Positions 1 to 14,380 of a stretch of 64,000 bases of DNA are shown here, piece by piece. This DNA comes from Octopus vulgaris (taxonomy: Eukaryota): positions 123,504,001 to 123,568,000 of the forward strand of contig OX597817.1 in assembly GCA_951406725.2 (NCBI GenBank), in the 5' to 3' direction. Made by a program: the position numbers and the translations under genes. Within the stretch, counting starts at the first letter, position 1. Each line of letters opens with the position of its first letter. The notes under the pieces are model-generated. The model was not told where the DNA came from and did no database searches. It saw only the letters and a list, made by a program, of their open reading frames with translations.

Positions 1-565
1 GCAAGGGACTACACAATCAATTCCATGAAGCCGCAACAGGAATTGCTGGAAAATATAGGTGGGATTGGCTGATGAAAAGAACCCTAAAACAGACTGACAG
101 CACTATACTGGCACTGCAGGACCAGGCTTTGGTCAAGAACTGAAGGGTCAACCTTAGGGATGAGCAAGCGTCTCCGCTGTGTTGCATCTGCAATAGGGTG
201 AATGAAACAATTGTATAAAAGATGTGCTACAGCAATTATTCTGCTCAATACCACAGAAACCATAGAGTGGATGAAACGAACGCCCTAGACTTGCCCAAAA
301 CTGCTACAAGTTGTGGCGGCGCGACCAGGTAGCGAAAATACTCCATTGGAAACTGTACGAAAAGAGGGGGCTAAAGAGAAACAAGACATGGTATGAACAT
401 AAACTGCAGAGAGTAACGGAGTCGGAGACTAGCAAAATCTGGGATTTTCCAGTCCAAACAGATCAGGTGCTAGAGCATAACAGACCGGACCTAGTGGTGG
501 TGGACAAGGTGCTATATAGTTGAAGTTGCATGTCACTTTGACACACGAATAGGCAAGAAGGAAGG

Positions 566-638
<73 letters not shown>

Positions 639-643
639 GGATG

Positions 644-700
<57 letters not shown>

Positions 701-701
701 T

Positions 702-770
<69 letters not shown>

Positions 771-892
771 GGAACCCTCTTAAGCACGAAATAGACCGGC
801 TATGGAAAATGAAAAAGGTGAAGATAATGTCATTTATTGTTGGGTCCTTGGAAAGAGTATCAGAAGGCGTCAAGGGGAATATAAAGGAAATT
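1..892 (+). pseudogene. R4/Dong-clade non-LTR retrotransposon remnant (C-terminal zinc-knuckle and restriction-like endonuclease region)
   Basis: Translates with stops and frameshifts to [90 protein letters not shown]. This matches the PD-(D/E)xK RLE motif order of R4/Dong elements. Confidence 0.85.
566..770. repeat. (GATA)n microsatellite inside the LINE coding remnant
   Basis: Directly visible tetranucleotide array. Confidence 0.98.
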
Positions 893-899
893 ATTCTTT

Positions 900-1100
900 T
901 ATTGTTTTACTTCTTTCAGTCATTTGATGATAGTCAGGCTACAGTACCACCCTTTAGTCGAAGAAATTGACCCCAGGACTTATTCTCTGTAAGCCTGGTG
1001 CTTATTCGATCAATCTCTTCTGCTGCACAGCTAAGTTACAGGAACGCAAACACACCAGCATCGGTTGTCAAGTAATCGTGGTGGGGTACAAACATACACA
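900..1100 (-). mobile_element. SINE family A, 3' half
   Basis: Matches the copies at 36463-36886 and 56097-56473 (ttcagtcatttga..ggacttattc..gctaagttac..cacaccagcatcggttgtcaag). Confidence 0.8.
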
Positions 1101-1136
1101 CACATAAATATATACATATAAACATACATACATGTG

Positions 1137-1283
<147 letters not shown>

Positions 1284-1431
1284 GCGGCTATGGTTCAGAA
1301 TGTTTCAATTGAAAAACATACGAATGTATTAGTTTTTGTTTAAAAGGTGAAAATATTTCTGAAATACTCACCTAATATACAAGGACACAGTATATAGGAT
1401 ACGGTAATTAATTACATTGTAGGAAAGTAAA

Positions 1432-1997
1432 AAGGAAAGGGAAAAAAGAGAATTAATATTTTTGATTTTGTTCGACTCTATGAATTAAATTTTTTTTAAT
1501 GCTTTCGTCAATTGCTTGATCCAAGAAAAAAGAGATTGGAAATATCTTGACAAAAAAAAGAGAAATTGTTACTTCACAAAAAATATAGAAAGAGACAGTT
1601 TCATTTATTACCATCACGCGACACTTATTATCACACACACACGCACATACACATACATATACATTATTATATATAAATATATGTGTGTGTCTTTTAGTTT
1701 TTGTTTACTTATGCACATCAACAAATGAGCCAACTGAACAACTCTGTGTGGTTGTTCAATTTGCTAGAAATAACAGCCAAATTTCTTTCATACTATGCTC
1801 TTGTCGGTATTATTAATATATGTCAGTATTAAGGAAAGGCAAAAATAGAATAAAAACTTTTGATTTTGTTCGGCTCTATTAATCTAATTTTTATTTAAAT
1901 GCTTTCGTCAATTACTTTATACAAGAAAAAAGAAATTGGAAAAATCCTGACCAAAACAGAGAAATTGTAACTTAACAAAAAATATAGAAAGAGAAAG
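1432..1997 (+). repeat. Diverged ~165-bp direct repeat (about 1432-1598 and 1830-1997)
   Basis: Both copies read aaggaaagg..ttttgattttgttcg.ctctat..aatgctttcgtcaatt..caagaaaaaaga.attggaaa..aatatagaaagaga. Confidence 0.85.
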
Positions 1998-2534
1998 AAA
2001 AGGTTGTATTCGAAAACCAATAGATGATTTTTAGCTGAGGTGTAATTGTATAATCAAAACAAACTCAAAATTTAAATTCCGGAACATAAGACTTAACATG
2101 TTATCTGGTATATGGCCGAATTCAAATGGGTAGAAGACCCAAAGCAATTGTATGTGTGCGTGTGTCTGTGTGTGGTTAGGCCTTTAATAGCCCGGGGTCA
2201 ATTTCAGTTCAATCGTAGAAAGGCATTGAAATACCTATAAGCCACTCCTTCCCACACTCTCTCTCTCTTTCTCTCTCATTTCCTCTCTCCCTTGCCGGAC
2301 ACATGCGTCAAATTTAAGTATCTTAATTTTCTCATTGAGATCGTTGTTCTTTTGGTGGCCCAGTAGGCATGGTCATTGAGAAGTAGTAATACAACTCATA
2401 GGTGGTGGTTTCAGATTACAAGAGATCTAGTTAAAAAAATTTTATTTATGCAACAGAATTTCTTTCAAAAATTTGATATAAATCCTACCAGGAATAAGAC
2501 CGAACCTGAGCCAAATCAAAATAATAACAATCAT

Positions 2535-2915
2535 TTCTTTTATAGACACAAGGCCTGAAATCTTTGGGAAGCGATTTAGTTAATTGAATCGAGCCAGGTG
2601 CTCAAATGGCATATATGTTATCGATCCCTAAAGGACGAAAGGCAAAGTCAACTTCGGCAGGATATATGATAATGATAATAATCTTTTCTACTACAGGCTC
2701 AATACCTGAATTTTTGTGAGTGGATGGTTGGTGCTAGGCGATTGTGTCGATCGTGGTGCTTAACTGGTAGATCGACCCCGAAAAGATAAAAGGCAAATTT
2801 GACCTCGGTGGTATTTGAACCTAGAACAAAATTTGGACGAAATGTTGCTGAGTATTTTGTCAGATGTACAAATGATTCTGCCGGCACGCCGCTTTCTCCC
2901 TCCTTGATAATAATG

Positions 2916-2969
<54 letters not shown>

Positions 2970-3186
2970 GTAATTTCTACTATAGGCACGAGGCCTTAAA
3001 CTTTTAGGGAGGGAGATAACCAATTGCATCGACTCCAGTACTCAAGTAGTACTCATTTTTCTTGACCTCTAAAGGAAGAAAGGCAAAGTTGAGCTCGGCA
3101 GAATTTGAACTGAGAAATGTTAAGAAAGACAAAATGCTGCTAAGCATTTAGTCCGGTGAGATAATGATTTTGCCACTCGTCACCTT
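2535..3186 (-). mobile_element. Three diverged SINE family B copies in tandem, separated by (TAA)n tails
   Basis: Repeated tcgacccc.aaagga.gaaaggcaaagt..acctcggc.gaatttgaac core. (TAA)n lies at about 2906-2972. Confidence 0.8.
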
Positions 3187-6100
3187 AATAATAGTAATAA
3201 TAACAACAACAACAATAACAACAACTCTTGTGTATTTTATAGAAGACATTGTCCTGTCGGTTAAAAAATTTGTCACAGCTGTTTGAGCAGTCAAACCGTG
3301 TAAATTCAGGTGAAACACATTTTGTCCAACGCTGGAACAATTCTGCCAGTCTACTCGCTCTGGTTTAATATTTTAATTTATCTTCTCTGGAAGAATGAAA
3401 AGCATAGTTCTCACTGAGATTTTAAATGGAACGATAAAGAACTGTAACATACTGTAAATAATGTACGTACCACACTGTAGCAATAAAATAATTATTTCTT
3501 TCATTAGTCAAGAAGGCTCTGACTACGTTCTGAAAATACACATAACTCTTCGAAGATTATGGTAAAGAAAAGGCGTCGTCTTGATTACGGTATCGACAAT
3601 ACCTTTTCTTCGGTTCACTCCATTGTAAGTTCGAGCTATAAGAGGAACGGAACTCGGCAATACGTTATTTTATTATTTAACTGGTTTCAGTGTTTGAAAT
3701 TTGGTCATGCTGAGCAAATAGTCGAGAATGTTGAACTTCAGTACTTAACTAATATTTATTTTATTGCTCCCAAAATAAAAAACAAAACAAAATAGGGCTG
3801 AATTTGAAGACAGAGCGTAATGGAAAATAAGCATTGCTAGCCAACAACTCATGTCAACTAACAATTCAATTTCACGGTATTTCCAAATCTCAAATATCTC
3901 TACACTCTACAGTTCTGTGGCAATTGGGAGTTTAGCTATTGAGAGTAAAGTGTCTTGGCTGTGGACATATCATAATGACATAAAAAATAATAACTGTTGA
4001 TATCTCGACTCACCGATATCTTATTGATTCAGTTTTCCTAGGATACTATAACATTTTACTAGAAAACATTTAGTCAGGTTTCAATTGTGAGAAACGACAA
4101 ATAAATGAGTCAGAAATAAGAACTATTTTTCTTCTATTATCTATTAATAAATGGAAAATAGATTTAATGTATCGTACTGTTTTATTTCATCTTAAGAATA
4201 TATTTATGGTTAACTTCAGAAAACTAGAAGGCAATGGCATGGTGATTTTTCATTTAACTGCTGCAAAATGAAAGAAAGAAAACTCCAGAGATTATGCCGA
4301 CTTTATGTATGAAACAACAGGTTTATTTAAATGTTAGTATTTTGAAGTTCACAATTTTAAATAGCTGTAGAAACGTGCAAATTGCTAGCAGCTTTCATGA
4401 TGGCATGCCAAACGTTAAACTGATATCTAAGACAATGATTCATTGGAAATTTTCCATAGTATTGATGTTTATTCTTACAATTTGACATCAAGCTGAGATC
4501 TTTCTTTGATAAAGACTTTTATTTTCTTGGCACAGAATATTATTACATTAGTTCCCCGATAGTTTGGCTTTGCATAAAAGTAACAAATGATAATAATAAA
4601 AAATTCATTTATAATGCGTATTGGTTTCATGATACACGTAGCGCTATAATTCTAAAGATGCAGAAATATTTGTATCCTTTCTGAGTTTTTTTCCATAAAT
4701 TTAGCTCAGATTAAGAAGAGGTCGTTAATTTAGAGAACAAGAAAACAAAAACAAAAACAAAAATTTTTTAAAGCCACCGTGTTTGACACAATAATCGCAG
4801 AGTGGTAGATTTTACACGTGTTGAAGATTTAATATGATGTGACTAATATTTTCTTTTACAATGTTTTCTCGATTTTAGATTTGTAGAAATGATTAATAAC
4901 TTTATTGCCAATATGTTGTAATGTTTAGTAGAGGATGTTAGACAGGGAAATATGGAGTTCAACTAGGCATAAACGTTTGCAGGGAAGTCACTGAATGACA
5001 GCCTATTGAAATATTTATGATATTTATTATGCTAATGTTGCTATAAGAAGAAAACAATTCGTAGAATTAAAATGTAGAAATGACTAATTTATTCAAAATA
5101 GTTTTTAAAATTCCTATTGTGAACATATATCTAGTATTAAACTTTCAACGAAGTCAATTTTCAAACACATGCTAGTAAATCAACTGCTAACATATGGGGT
5201 GGGGTTATTCACAATAATATTTTCATAAATGTACAAGTGTCAGGTAGATGCAGTATTAAACCACTAGCTCATGTAGCATGAGTTCGAATTCATTTGTTCT
5301 GAACAGGATGTTTTATTTTAGACATATATAATTCTAAGTAAAGGTGTTTTTATTCTAATTCCATACGGCATACACTAGACCCCTACAAAATTTCCTTTTC
5401 CTACTCCCTTTTATCTCACTACCATATGCACAGGAACTCAAATGAGAAATTTCTTCTAGTCGCACTAGCCAGCACAGTAAAGGCTGTAGCAGTTTCTCTT
5501 TCATAGCGCTTTTTTTATCATCGTCAAATTTTATTTTAACCCACACTCACTCAAAGGGAGCCTACACAGTGTATGAAAACCAAATACAAATATCCAATTT
5601 CCCACAAAAATAGCCTCTGACTCAGTCAACTAATAACTTATCATCTCAAAAAGATGTAAAATATTGTAAATAACGTATTTCATCGTTTTAAGTCTCTTTC
5701 CATTCTCTCTGACCTTCTAGTGAGATTCAGTAGAACCAGAACGACTGCAGTTTTACTCTATCGCAGACATCTGCAGTTCGTTGACGAAAGTAATACTGTT
5801 GCTGGTGACAACAAGAAATCTTTCAAACAAATGTTATGGAAATCTTATGTTAAGTGAGTTGCCTATAGACTGCATTGCCATCCAACTCTTGAATCACATG
5901 TTACTAGTCAGACTGATCTATTGTAGTAATCAATGATGAAGTTATATACACACAACATTTTTGTAAATGTTGGTTCATGTTAGAATTCATTTACATTTTC
6001 CATACACATTTTTTTGTAAATGAACTATCTTCGCACTGTCACTTCTAACCATAAACTCTTATATCGATTATAAAACACTTCATTCTTTAGCAATCTGCAT

Positions 6101-9100
6101 ACAAACATCATCTAAATACATCTAGACACGATGATATCAGACTTTTTCTGCTTTCATAAATAGAAACTGCAAAACGCAACAACAAGTGTTTGCTTCAACA
6201 GCATCAGTAAACGATAGTTACATACATCAAGGAAACATCAAACGGCCGGTAATCTTTCAACAGTTCTGCAACATTACATTTTCTTTCCTCGTGAACATCG
6301 CAGAGCTAAACGGCCAGCTCGCTATAATTAACCAGACATCTATATGAAATTTAAATTCAGCCTATGTAGAAGATACGAAGCTGGGGATTAACTGAGATCA
6401 TTTTATTCTATAGAAAATACAGAATGGAAACATATTTCTTAATTGCCTTTAGGCGTGGACAATGACAAATCTATATGGAAGATTAATGTTGTGGATATAT
6501 AAGAAATATTTCGGCTTCACGAAATATAAATATCGTTTTTACTAAGACAAATGACCAAACAGTACTGCAATATTCTTGAACAAGTTGAAGCTAGAACTGC
6601 TGATAGGAGTGCTGATCAAGTTGAGCCTGTAAAAACGTGCATTTGTGTGTGCCCATAGATATATCTATAGATCCCTCTTTTGCGTCTGTCAATCCAAATG
6701 TGCCTATTGAAATATAAATGTGGTCTTGTATATAAATAAATGAACATATCTATATTTTTCATATACCTGTGATTTTGTACATTAATTTATGCATGTATAT
6801 GCAAGCGTGTTTTCATGATTCAGTTATTAATGTGTCAGTAAACTAAATCTAATTGTTCTCTGTGTAGCAACGCATATCGTACGGTCTGTTCTGCTGGATG
6901 CAAAGCGTGTAGAAAATTTTGTATTTGAAAAGAAACAACTCGTGTAGAAATATTCTTGTTTTCCAGACAATTTTCCCATAAATAGAATAAGTCATTTTTT
7001 ATGCGCTGCAAAATATGTGATCGGAGTGGATAGGATAAACGTGTTTATTGGATTTGGTATGGCTGTGTCATGATATAAGAGGTTGGTAAGGTTGTGAGAC
7101 TTTTCAGGCACGGCAGGAGTATGAAGACTGTTAGTGATTACGTATGCCTATTGATACAACAGTACGCAAATTCCTGATTGATCTTGATACGAATCGATGA
7201 ATTCATGCATCGAAAAGCGTTTGCATAGTCAGTACTCTACGAAATGTAGTACACTCTTTACCACGAGAAATTTACCATAGATAAGTAGTCTAAAATTGCA
7301 CTTCAAGACTAGACTATTTCTTAGAAATCAGAAAAATACTTCCGATCCGTGGCTTAGCGGCCTTCTATAAATATCTAGTACGACCAAAATTAATTCCATT
7401 TCCTGGATTTTCTTTCTACTATAAACAAAGACATCCAGAACCATATCTGAAAATATGTTAACTCCCTAATATACCTATGTTACTAGTCCGTTCTTCTACC
7501 CGTTTCTGCTACAATCTTTATAAAGGTTTATGTTGGTTTAAGCTACGCACCATTTCAATTTATTTCTAAACAATTTACATATTCTTTTATTGCCATTCGT
7601 ACATATCTCACCTCCTAAACATCATATTTAATAGTTTTCCTAATCAATTCTCCCTAGAAAATTATTCCTCTTGTGTTTCATCAAGATTTTCCTTCGGGCA
7701 TCAGACCTCAGAACTTCATGTTCGACATACCATTTCAAAGGGTCTATAAAGCTCATCAGTAACTCTCTTATCCTGCTCCAGTGAAGAAGCCTCCTCGAAG
7801 TGGCTCGATCTGCTAAAATTAATAAACAAATTGCCGTTATAAAAAAATTTATACATTGGCTAACATCGTCTTAGATACATTGTCTGAGGCAAAGGCGGTA
7901 TTGTCAATGTTTGAATGCCATTAATCGTAGATCTATTAATTCAGATCTCACCTGGGGCTAAACAACAACTACAACAACAATATCTTGCTAAAATGGAAGG
8001 AAACATTGGATATTGCAGCCATAGAGATACAAGCAAATGGAATGGTTATGACTAGTAGTCTTTGATCAAAGCACTGCTCCGTCATCTCTGACAGAGCTCT
8101 AAATTATATCAACTCTGGTGCCATTATTTTGTCCCGGTTGTCATTGATTGATTGCATGAGAGTCATCTGTGGTATCTATAAAAATACTGAAGCTTGGAAT
8201 ATTTGTTCTATAAATGATTACTAAGCAAAATAAAATCAATCTTCTGGGTTTTTTTTTTATATATATATTTAAAATTTTGATTTCTTTCGCAAGTTATCTG
8301 AATATTAAACTTTCAGTGAGGCACTTTTCAACATGACATAAGCAAGACAAATTATGGGCTATATGCAAAACGAAATGCAATAGAAATATGTTTACATACG
8401 AAGAATACATAGTAATACAATTTCTTTTACATATTGTTCTTGGTAATATTTACTAGAGCAAAAAGTATGTAAATTACTCGACAGGTTTTTGAGGTATTTC
8501 TTTAAGAGCGAATCCAAACTTCTACGCTAACATAAATATAATGCCGCAAATTTATGTAGGAGAGAACGGTCAATTACTCTATCCAGGACACTTGTTTTAT
8601 CGACCCTGGAAGGATGTAACGCAAAAGTTGAGCTTTGTGGATTGAATTTAGATCATAAAGGGGTGCTGCTAAACCTTACTAATTATTTTGTATAGCGTTG
8701 AACCATATCTTTCCGATCCATCGTCCTGAAAAGTATTCAGGTACTGATTACATATCTTGAAAAAAAAATGGAGTTTTATTTGATTCCTTATGTACGGTTA
8801 TTTTCGATATACAATTTCTCTGCGATTTTCAACATTAACACCAAGTTACAATGGTGTGTGGAACTACGCCAATGGGCTTGGAGTAGGAACAGGAAGCAGA
8901 TAATCAGTTTAATGTTATCTTTCTCAGATATCTTCAAATTGACAGGACCACTAGGTGTTCACTCGCTATTCTTTTAATTTATTCTTTTAATTTATACTTA
9001 TTGGTTTCAGTCATTGAAATGTGGCCAAGTTCGAACACAACTTTCACAGGGATTAGTCAGTCATATCGATCTTAGTGCATATTTCAGTTTGGTATTTACT

Positions 9101-9881
9101 TCATTAATCATTAATCATTAAGCATTTAGCTAATGCTTCTGTCTCACAGCAACAATGTAATTTTTTTTTTACTAAGGTGAGCGCAAACACGCGTCCCTGC
9201 AACTTTGCTTCCCAAAAAAAAAAAACCCAAAAAAACTATGGAATAAGTATCAAACTTCAAAAGCAATTAAGTACAGGGTAGATTCATTCGATTAAAACTC
9301 ATCAAAGCGGTGCCCTAACATGGCCGTAGTCTAATGACTGAAACAAATAAACGATATTAATAATCCTATAGGCATAACGCCCGAAACTTTGGCGGGAAGG
9401 GACTGAAAAGATAAAGAGGTAGAAAAATATAAAGATAAATCATTTTCAATAATTAAAATAACACGCATTCGGAAGTGAAAACACCACTGTCTTAATGGTT
9501 AATTCAAACTTTTAAATATAACTTAAGACAACCCCGGTAGCCAACCTCTATTTACTTACATGTGTGTTCATTTATTTAATGTACTCGTTCTACGATGGGA
9601 AACAGACACTGTTCTTACACATCTACGAAGACACGTGGCTTGGTGGTTAAGATGTTTTGTTCATGTGAATAAAGTCATGAGCTCGATGAGGAATATAATT
9701 CGTTTCTCGTTCTTCATGTCATTATGAATTACAGAAATAACACTACCCTCTTTGTTTTCGAGGAAAATGCATCTACGATATTTGTTATTTAATATATCTC
9801 TCCTTCATTAAAGTAACAGTAAATGGTCCGCAGAAATTTGATTGCTATTTCTAGCAGATGAAGTGAACCTCGGCCCTAGAC

Positions 9882-10193
9882 CAGGTGTTCTTAACCATTT
9901 TTTTATCTATGGATCCCGGTGGACCCCTACAACCATTTGATGTTTATAAAATATCTATATAGATACTTCTTTCAAAAGTTCTATATTGCTTTTGACGTCT
10001 TGTCTTGTGCAGGTTGAACTATGCAAAATGTTTGAGAAAGATATTTCTTGCAATAAACAGATCAAAATCAAACTTTTTTTTGGATCCTTAAAATACTACT
10101 ATGGATCCTCAGTTTACTATTTTGCTTGTGAGGATCGCCAAAACTCTTAGATGGAACCCCGTGTGTCATAAGGACCTCAGGTAAGAAACACTA
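9882..10193. mobile_element. hAT-like MITE
   Basis: Ends caggtgttcttaacc / ggtaagaaacacta with a degraded 8-bp TSD (ccctagac/ttcaagac). Homologous to 24237-24491. Confidence 0.6.
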
Positions 10194-10269
10194 TTCAAGA
10201 CTATATATATATGAATGTGTATTTATGTGTGTGCGTTTATGAGTAGAATCCCTACATCCTTTACTAATT

Positions 10270-10457
10270 ATGGCACAAAGCCAGCAGTTTGAGGGGAGGA
10301 GGAATAGTCGATTGCATAGACTCAAGTATTTCAAAGTACTTTATTTTAGCAACGCTGAAAAGACCAATGGCAAAGTCAACCTGCAGGATTTGAACACAGA
10401 AAGCGATGAGGTAGAATTTTATCCGACATGCTAATGACGCTACCAGCTCACCGCCTT
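10270..10457 (-). mobile_element. SINE family B (diverged)
   Basis: ggcaaagtcaacc..atttgaac..ccagctcaccgcctt. Confidence 0.75.
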
Positions 10458-10849
10458 GCGTAGAATCAATATATTTCATGAAATTACATTATGTTCCGAA
10501 AGTAAATCATACAATAGTGCCAATGTACTCAGAAAATGAAGCTATTTTCACATCATTTATACGAAAAACAAACAAGTGTAATTTTAATAATTGCAATTTA
10601 TCATTTTCCTTCATAGCAAATTTAATTAATTTTTTCTGCTTGTATCCAGTCATTTTATGATAGTACTTTTTTCTGTCCATTTTTAATAATCGTGTTTATG
10701 TTTCATCTTTTCAAAATTATAATTTTTATTTTGTGTCACGTATGCTATTTTTTTTTTACGTAGGGTTTCAATTATTTTTTTCACTAAATAGTTTGATTCA
10801 GTTTTTTTGAGTGACATATTTAATGTTGCATACACACACAATCACGTAC

Positions 10850-11320
<471 letters not shown>

Positions 11321-11659
11321 AGCTAATCACCGCATTACACGTAAGTTTGAAAAGTTGAACAACTAAAGGGTTCGTGTCATTCAGTTTTAAATAGTTAATA
11401 ACTTTCAAGAAAATCAAGAAAATTTGTCTTTATACATGTCTGTGTTGTGTGTGTGCGCGTATATCAGGTCACTTGTGAAGTCTCTCATGAGTGCTGCTTG
11501 TAGCATGGTAACATATAATCCAGTACAACTTATTACATTATCGGGTCATCGGCACCTAAATCGGAACACACACCAGGTTAGCCTGGTCAAGAGTGTTGCT
11601 AGAAACCCAGCAGGGTTAAGACCTGGTAGACTCCGGGCCCTCACATATATAGACGTTTA

Positions 11660-11748
11660 GACAGACAGACAGACGGACAGACAGACAAGCAGACAGACAG
11701 TCAGGAAGGCAGACAGACAGAGAGACAGACAGACAGACAGATAGATAA

Positions 11749-11818
<70 letters not shown>
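11660..11818. repeat. (GACA)n-(GATA)n microsatellite
   Basis: Directly visible. Confidence 0.95.
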
Positions 11819-12046
11819 GTTTGCATTTATTACTTCTGAGGCATAATTATAAACATGTTAACTGGAGGGTCACTTAATGCATTTAGCTGAAGTAAATATT
11901 TGTTTTATTTTTTTGTAGGAAAAGGTTGATAGATTTTTCGATCTTTCGGTTTTGTTACATTCGCCAGATGAGCCGAAATTTCGAAATCACTGATAACCTC
12001 TAGTTTGAAAAATACATGCATGCATACATACATACATATATATTCT

Positions 12047-12272
12047 TTCTTTTAACTGTTTCTATCATATGACTGCGGCCATGCTGGAGCACCACCTTTA
12101 CTCGAAGAAATCGACCGCAGGTCTTACTCATTCTAAGCCTAGTACTTATTCTATCAGTTTTTTTTTGCTGAACCGCTAAGTTACGGGGACGTAAATACAC
12201 CAACATCAGCTGCCAAGCGATGATGGGAGACAAACACAGACACACAAATATTCACACACACACGCACACACG

Positions 12273-12336
<64 letters not shown>

Positions 12337-12455
12337 AGATAGGGGTTGAAAATTCAACCCACCATGGGATAATATATATCCAATATATATATTGAGTATC
12401 ATCGGATAGTTGATGTTTTATTGATTTAAGTATGTTTCTCCATTCTCTAATTTTG

Positions 12456-12500
<45 letters not shown>

Positions 12501-12619
12501 GGCTAGGCCAGTTTATGGGGATACCCTGGGTAATCCTATAAACCGGCCTACCCCACTATAATAGCTGTTGCTTTAAATCTTAGAGTGTGCTTCTCCGCTT
12601 TCATGTTTTTCTACAAACG

Positions 12620-12655
<36 letters not shown>

Positions 12656-12853
12656 GTGTGTGTGCGCGATGGTTTCTTTCAGTGTCCGTCGACCAAATCC
12701 ACTGACAAGGCTTTGCTCGGCCCGAGGCTGTTGTAGAAAACACTTGCCCAAAGTGCCACGAGGTGGGACTGAACCCAGAACCATGTGGTTGGGAAGCAAG
12801 CTTCTTATTTCTTTACTGCCCACAACCTTCTTACCACACAGCCACGCCTGCCC
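12047..12853 (-). mobile_element. SINE family A, split by insertions into its internal (TA)/(CA) microsatellite
   Basis: 3' half at 12047-12270 and tRNA-like 5' half at about 12668-12853 (gggactgaacccagaaccatgtggttgg). Unrelated islands lie between them. Confidence 0.8.
12491..12563. repeat. 73-nt imperfect palindrome (35-bp stem)
   Basis: tattatagtgggctaggccagtttatggggatacc-ctg-ggtaatcctataaaccggcctaccccactataata. Confidence 0.9.
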
Positions 12854-12865
12854 ATATATATATGT

Positions 12866-13094
12866 TTCTTTATTACCCACAAGGGGCTAAACATAGAGTG
12901 GACAAACAAGGACAGACAAACGGATTAAGACGATTACATCGACCCCAGTGCGTAACTGGTACTTAATTTATCGACCCCGAAATGATGAAAAGCAAAGTTG
13001 ACCTCGGCGGAATTTGAACTCAGAACGTAACAGCAGACGAAATACGGCTACGCATTTCGCCCGGCGTGCTAACTGTTCTGGCAGCTCGCCGCCT
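12866..13094 (-). mobile_element. tRNA-derived SINE family B, full length
   Basis: The minus strand starts ggcggcgagctg and contains the B-box-like gagttcaaattcc. Near-identical to 21656-21885 and 31620-31850. Confidence 0.9.
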
Positions 13095-13164
13095 ATACAT
13101 ACATAATACATACATACATATATATAGATAAGAAAAGAGCCTTAAACATGAACCTCATGTTTAC

Positions 13165-13245
13165 GGTTCTGATGAAACTGTAAGGTATAACACAGGTACT
13201 CAGGTATAAGCCCACCGCATCTTACTGTGGAAACAGCTGTAAGCT
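13165..13245 (+). ncRNA. Type I hammerhead ribozyme motif (Penelope-like, palindromic stem III)
   Basis: ggtt-CTGATGA-a-actgtaaggt..atcttactgt-g-GAAA-cagctg-TA-agct. Core intact, stem I weak. Confidence 0.6.
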
Positions 13246-13594
13246 AATGAAATTCATAAAATAATCACATTGTTTTGTCATCGCGTTTCTTATTACAGCT
13301 CTCTACCCAACTAAAACTTCGTTCACAAGCATACGCATATTGAGTTCTACATCTGGTTATTAGTATTGCAATACCTAAGCGAAATTTTGATTCCAAATTT
13401 TGTCACAAGGCCAGCAATTTCAGAGAAGGGAGGAAGTCAGTAACATCGACCGCAGTGTTGAAGTAGTACATATTTTATCGAACCCGAAAGGATGAAATGT
13501 AAATTCAACCTCGGCGGAATTTGAACAGGCTTAAACGAAATTTCTGAGGTCTCGTGCTATTACAAGATATTCGCTGGGTTTTTTTTGTGTGTGT

Positions 13595-13676
<82 letters not shown>

Positions 13677-13839
13677 TGCAGACAGACAGAGACTGAAAAA
13701 GTGAATGTATTGTAATCCGGTTTTTGGGAGAGCTATTTGGTTGAAATATTTACTACAAGAATCACCGGCTGGTAACCATAAGCCAACAACGCTGTGTCTT
13801 CCGACTTCACGCACGCACGCACACACACAAACACACACA

Positions 13840-13877
<38 letters not shown>

Positions 13878-14380
13878 GGTAGCAACAATAGCAACAGCAG
13901 CACGACCACCACCTCCACTACCATCATCATGAAATACAAGATTTAATATATTCCTATGAATCTCATTACCCCATCTATTTTCATATTAGTTGAAGATCAC
14001 CGTCCGTGAATAGATACTTTCATTAGACGAATTAAGATGCGATACGCGTGGCTAGTTACCATATTAATCGCTCCTAGATTTTCTAACTTACTCAGTTTTG
14101 CATATTCCCTGACAGAAAAATATGCTACCTTAGTAAGATAGGATTTTTCAGTTGAATGTAAAGGGGCTTATTTCGTTCATTTGTTCGCACTGGCCACTTT
14201 ATATTGAAATTGATGCGGAAGATAAATGAAATAACAATGAAATTATAAAAGCAACTGAAGTAACGGAAAATATTTTTTCCGGCGTATAAGACGCGTGTTT
14301 CTTTTGTTTTGTTTTTTTCGGTCTGCTATCTATTAATGTGAAACTTTACAAATCTAGTGCCGTGTAAACTGTGGGTGAAA

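Noticed and set aside
5720-5855. Possible plus-strand exon (ttctag|..aa|gtgagt)
   Set aside because: No recognisable protein. The surrounding 5.7-7.5 kb looks more like a very decayed minus-strand LINE, which I also cannot call confidently.
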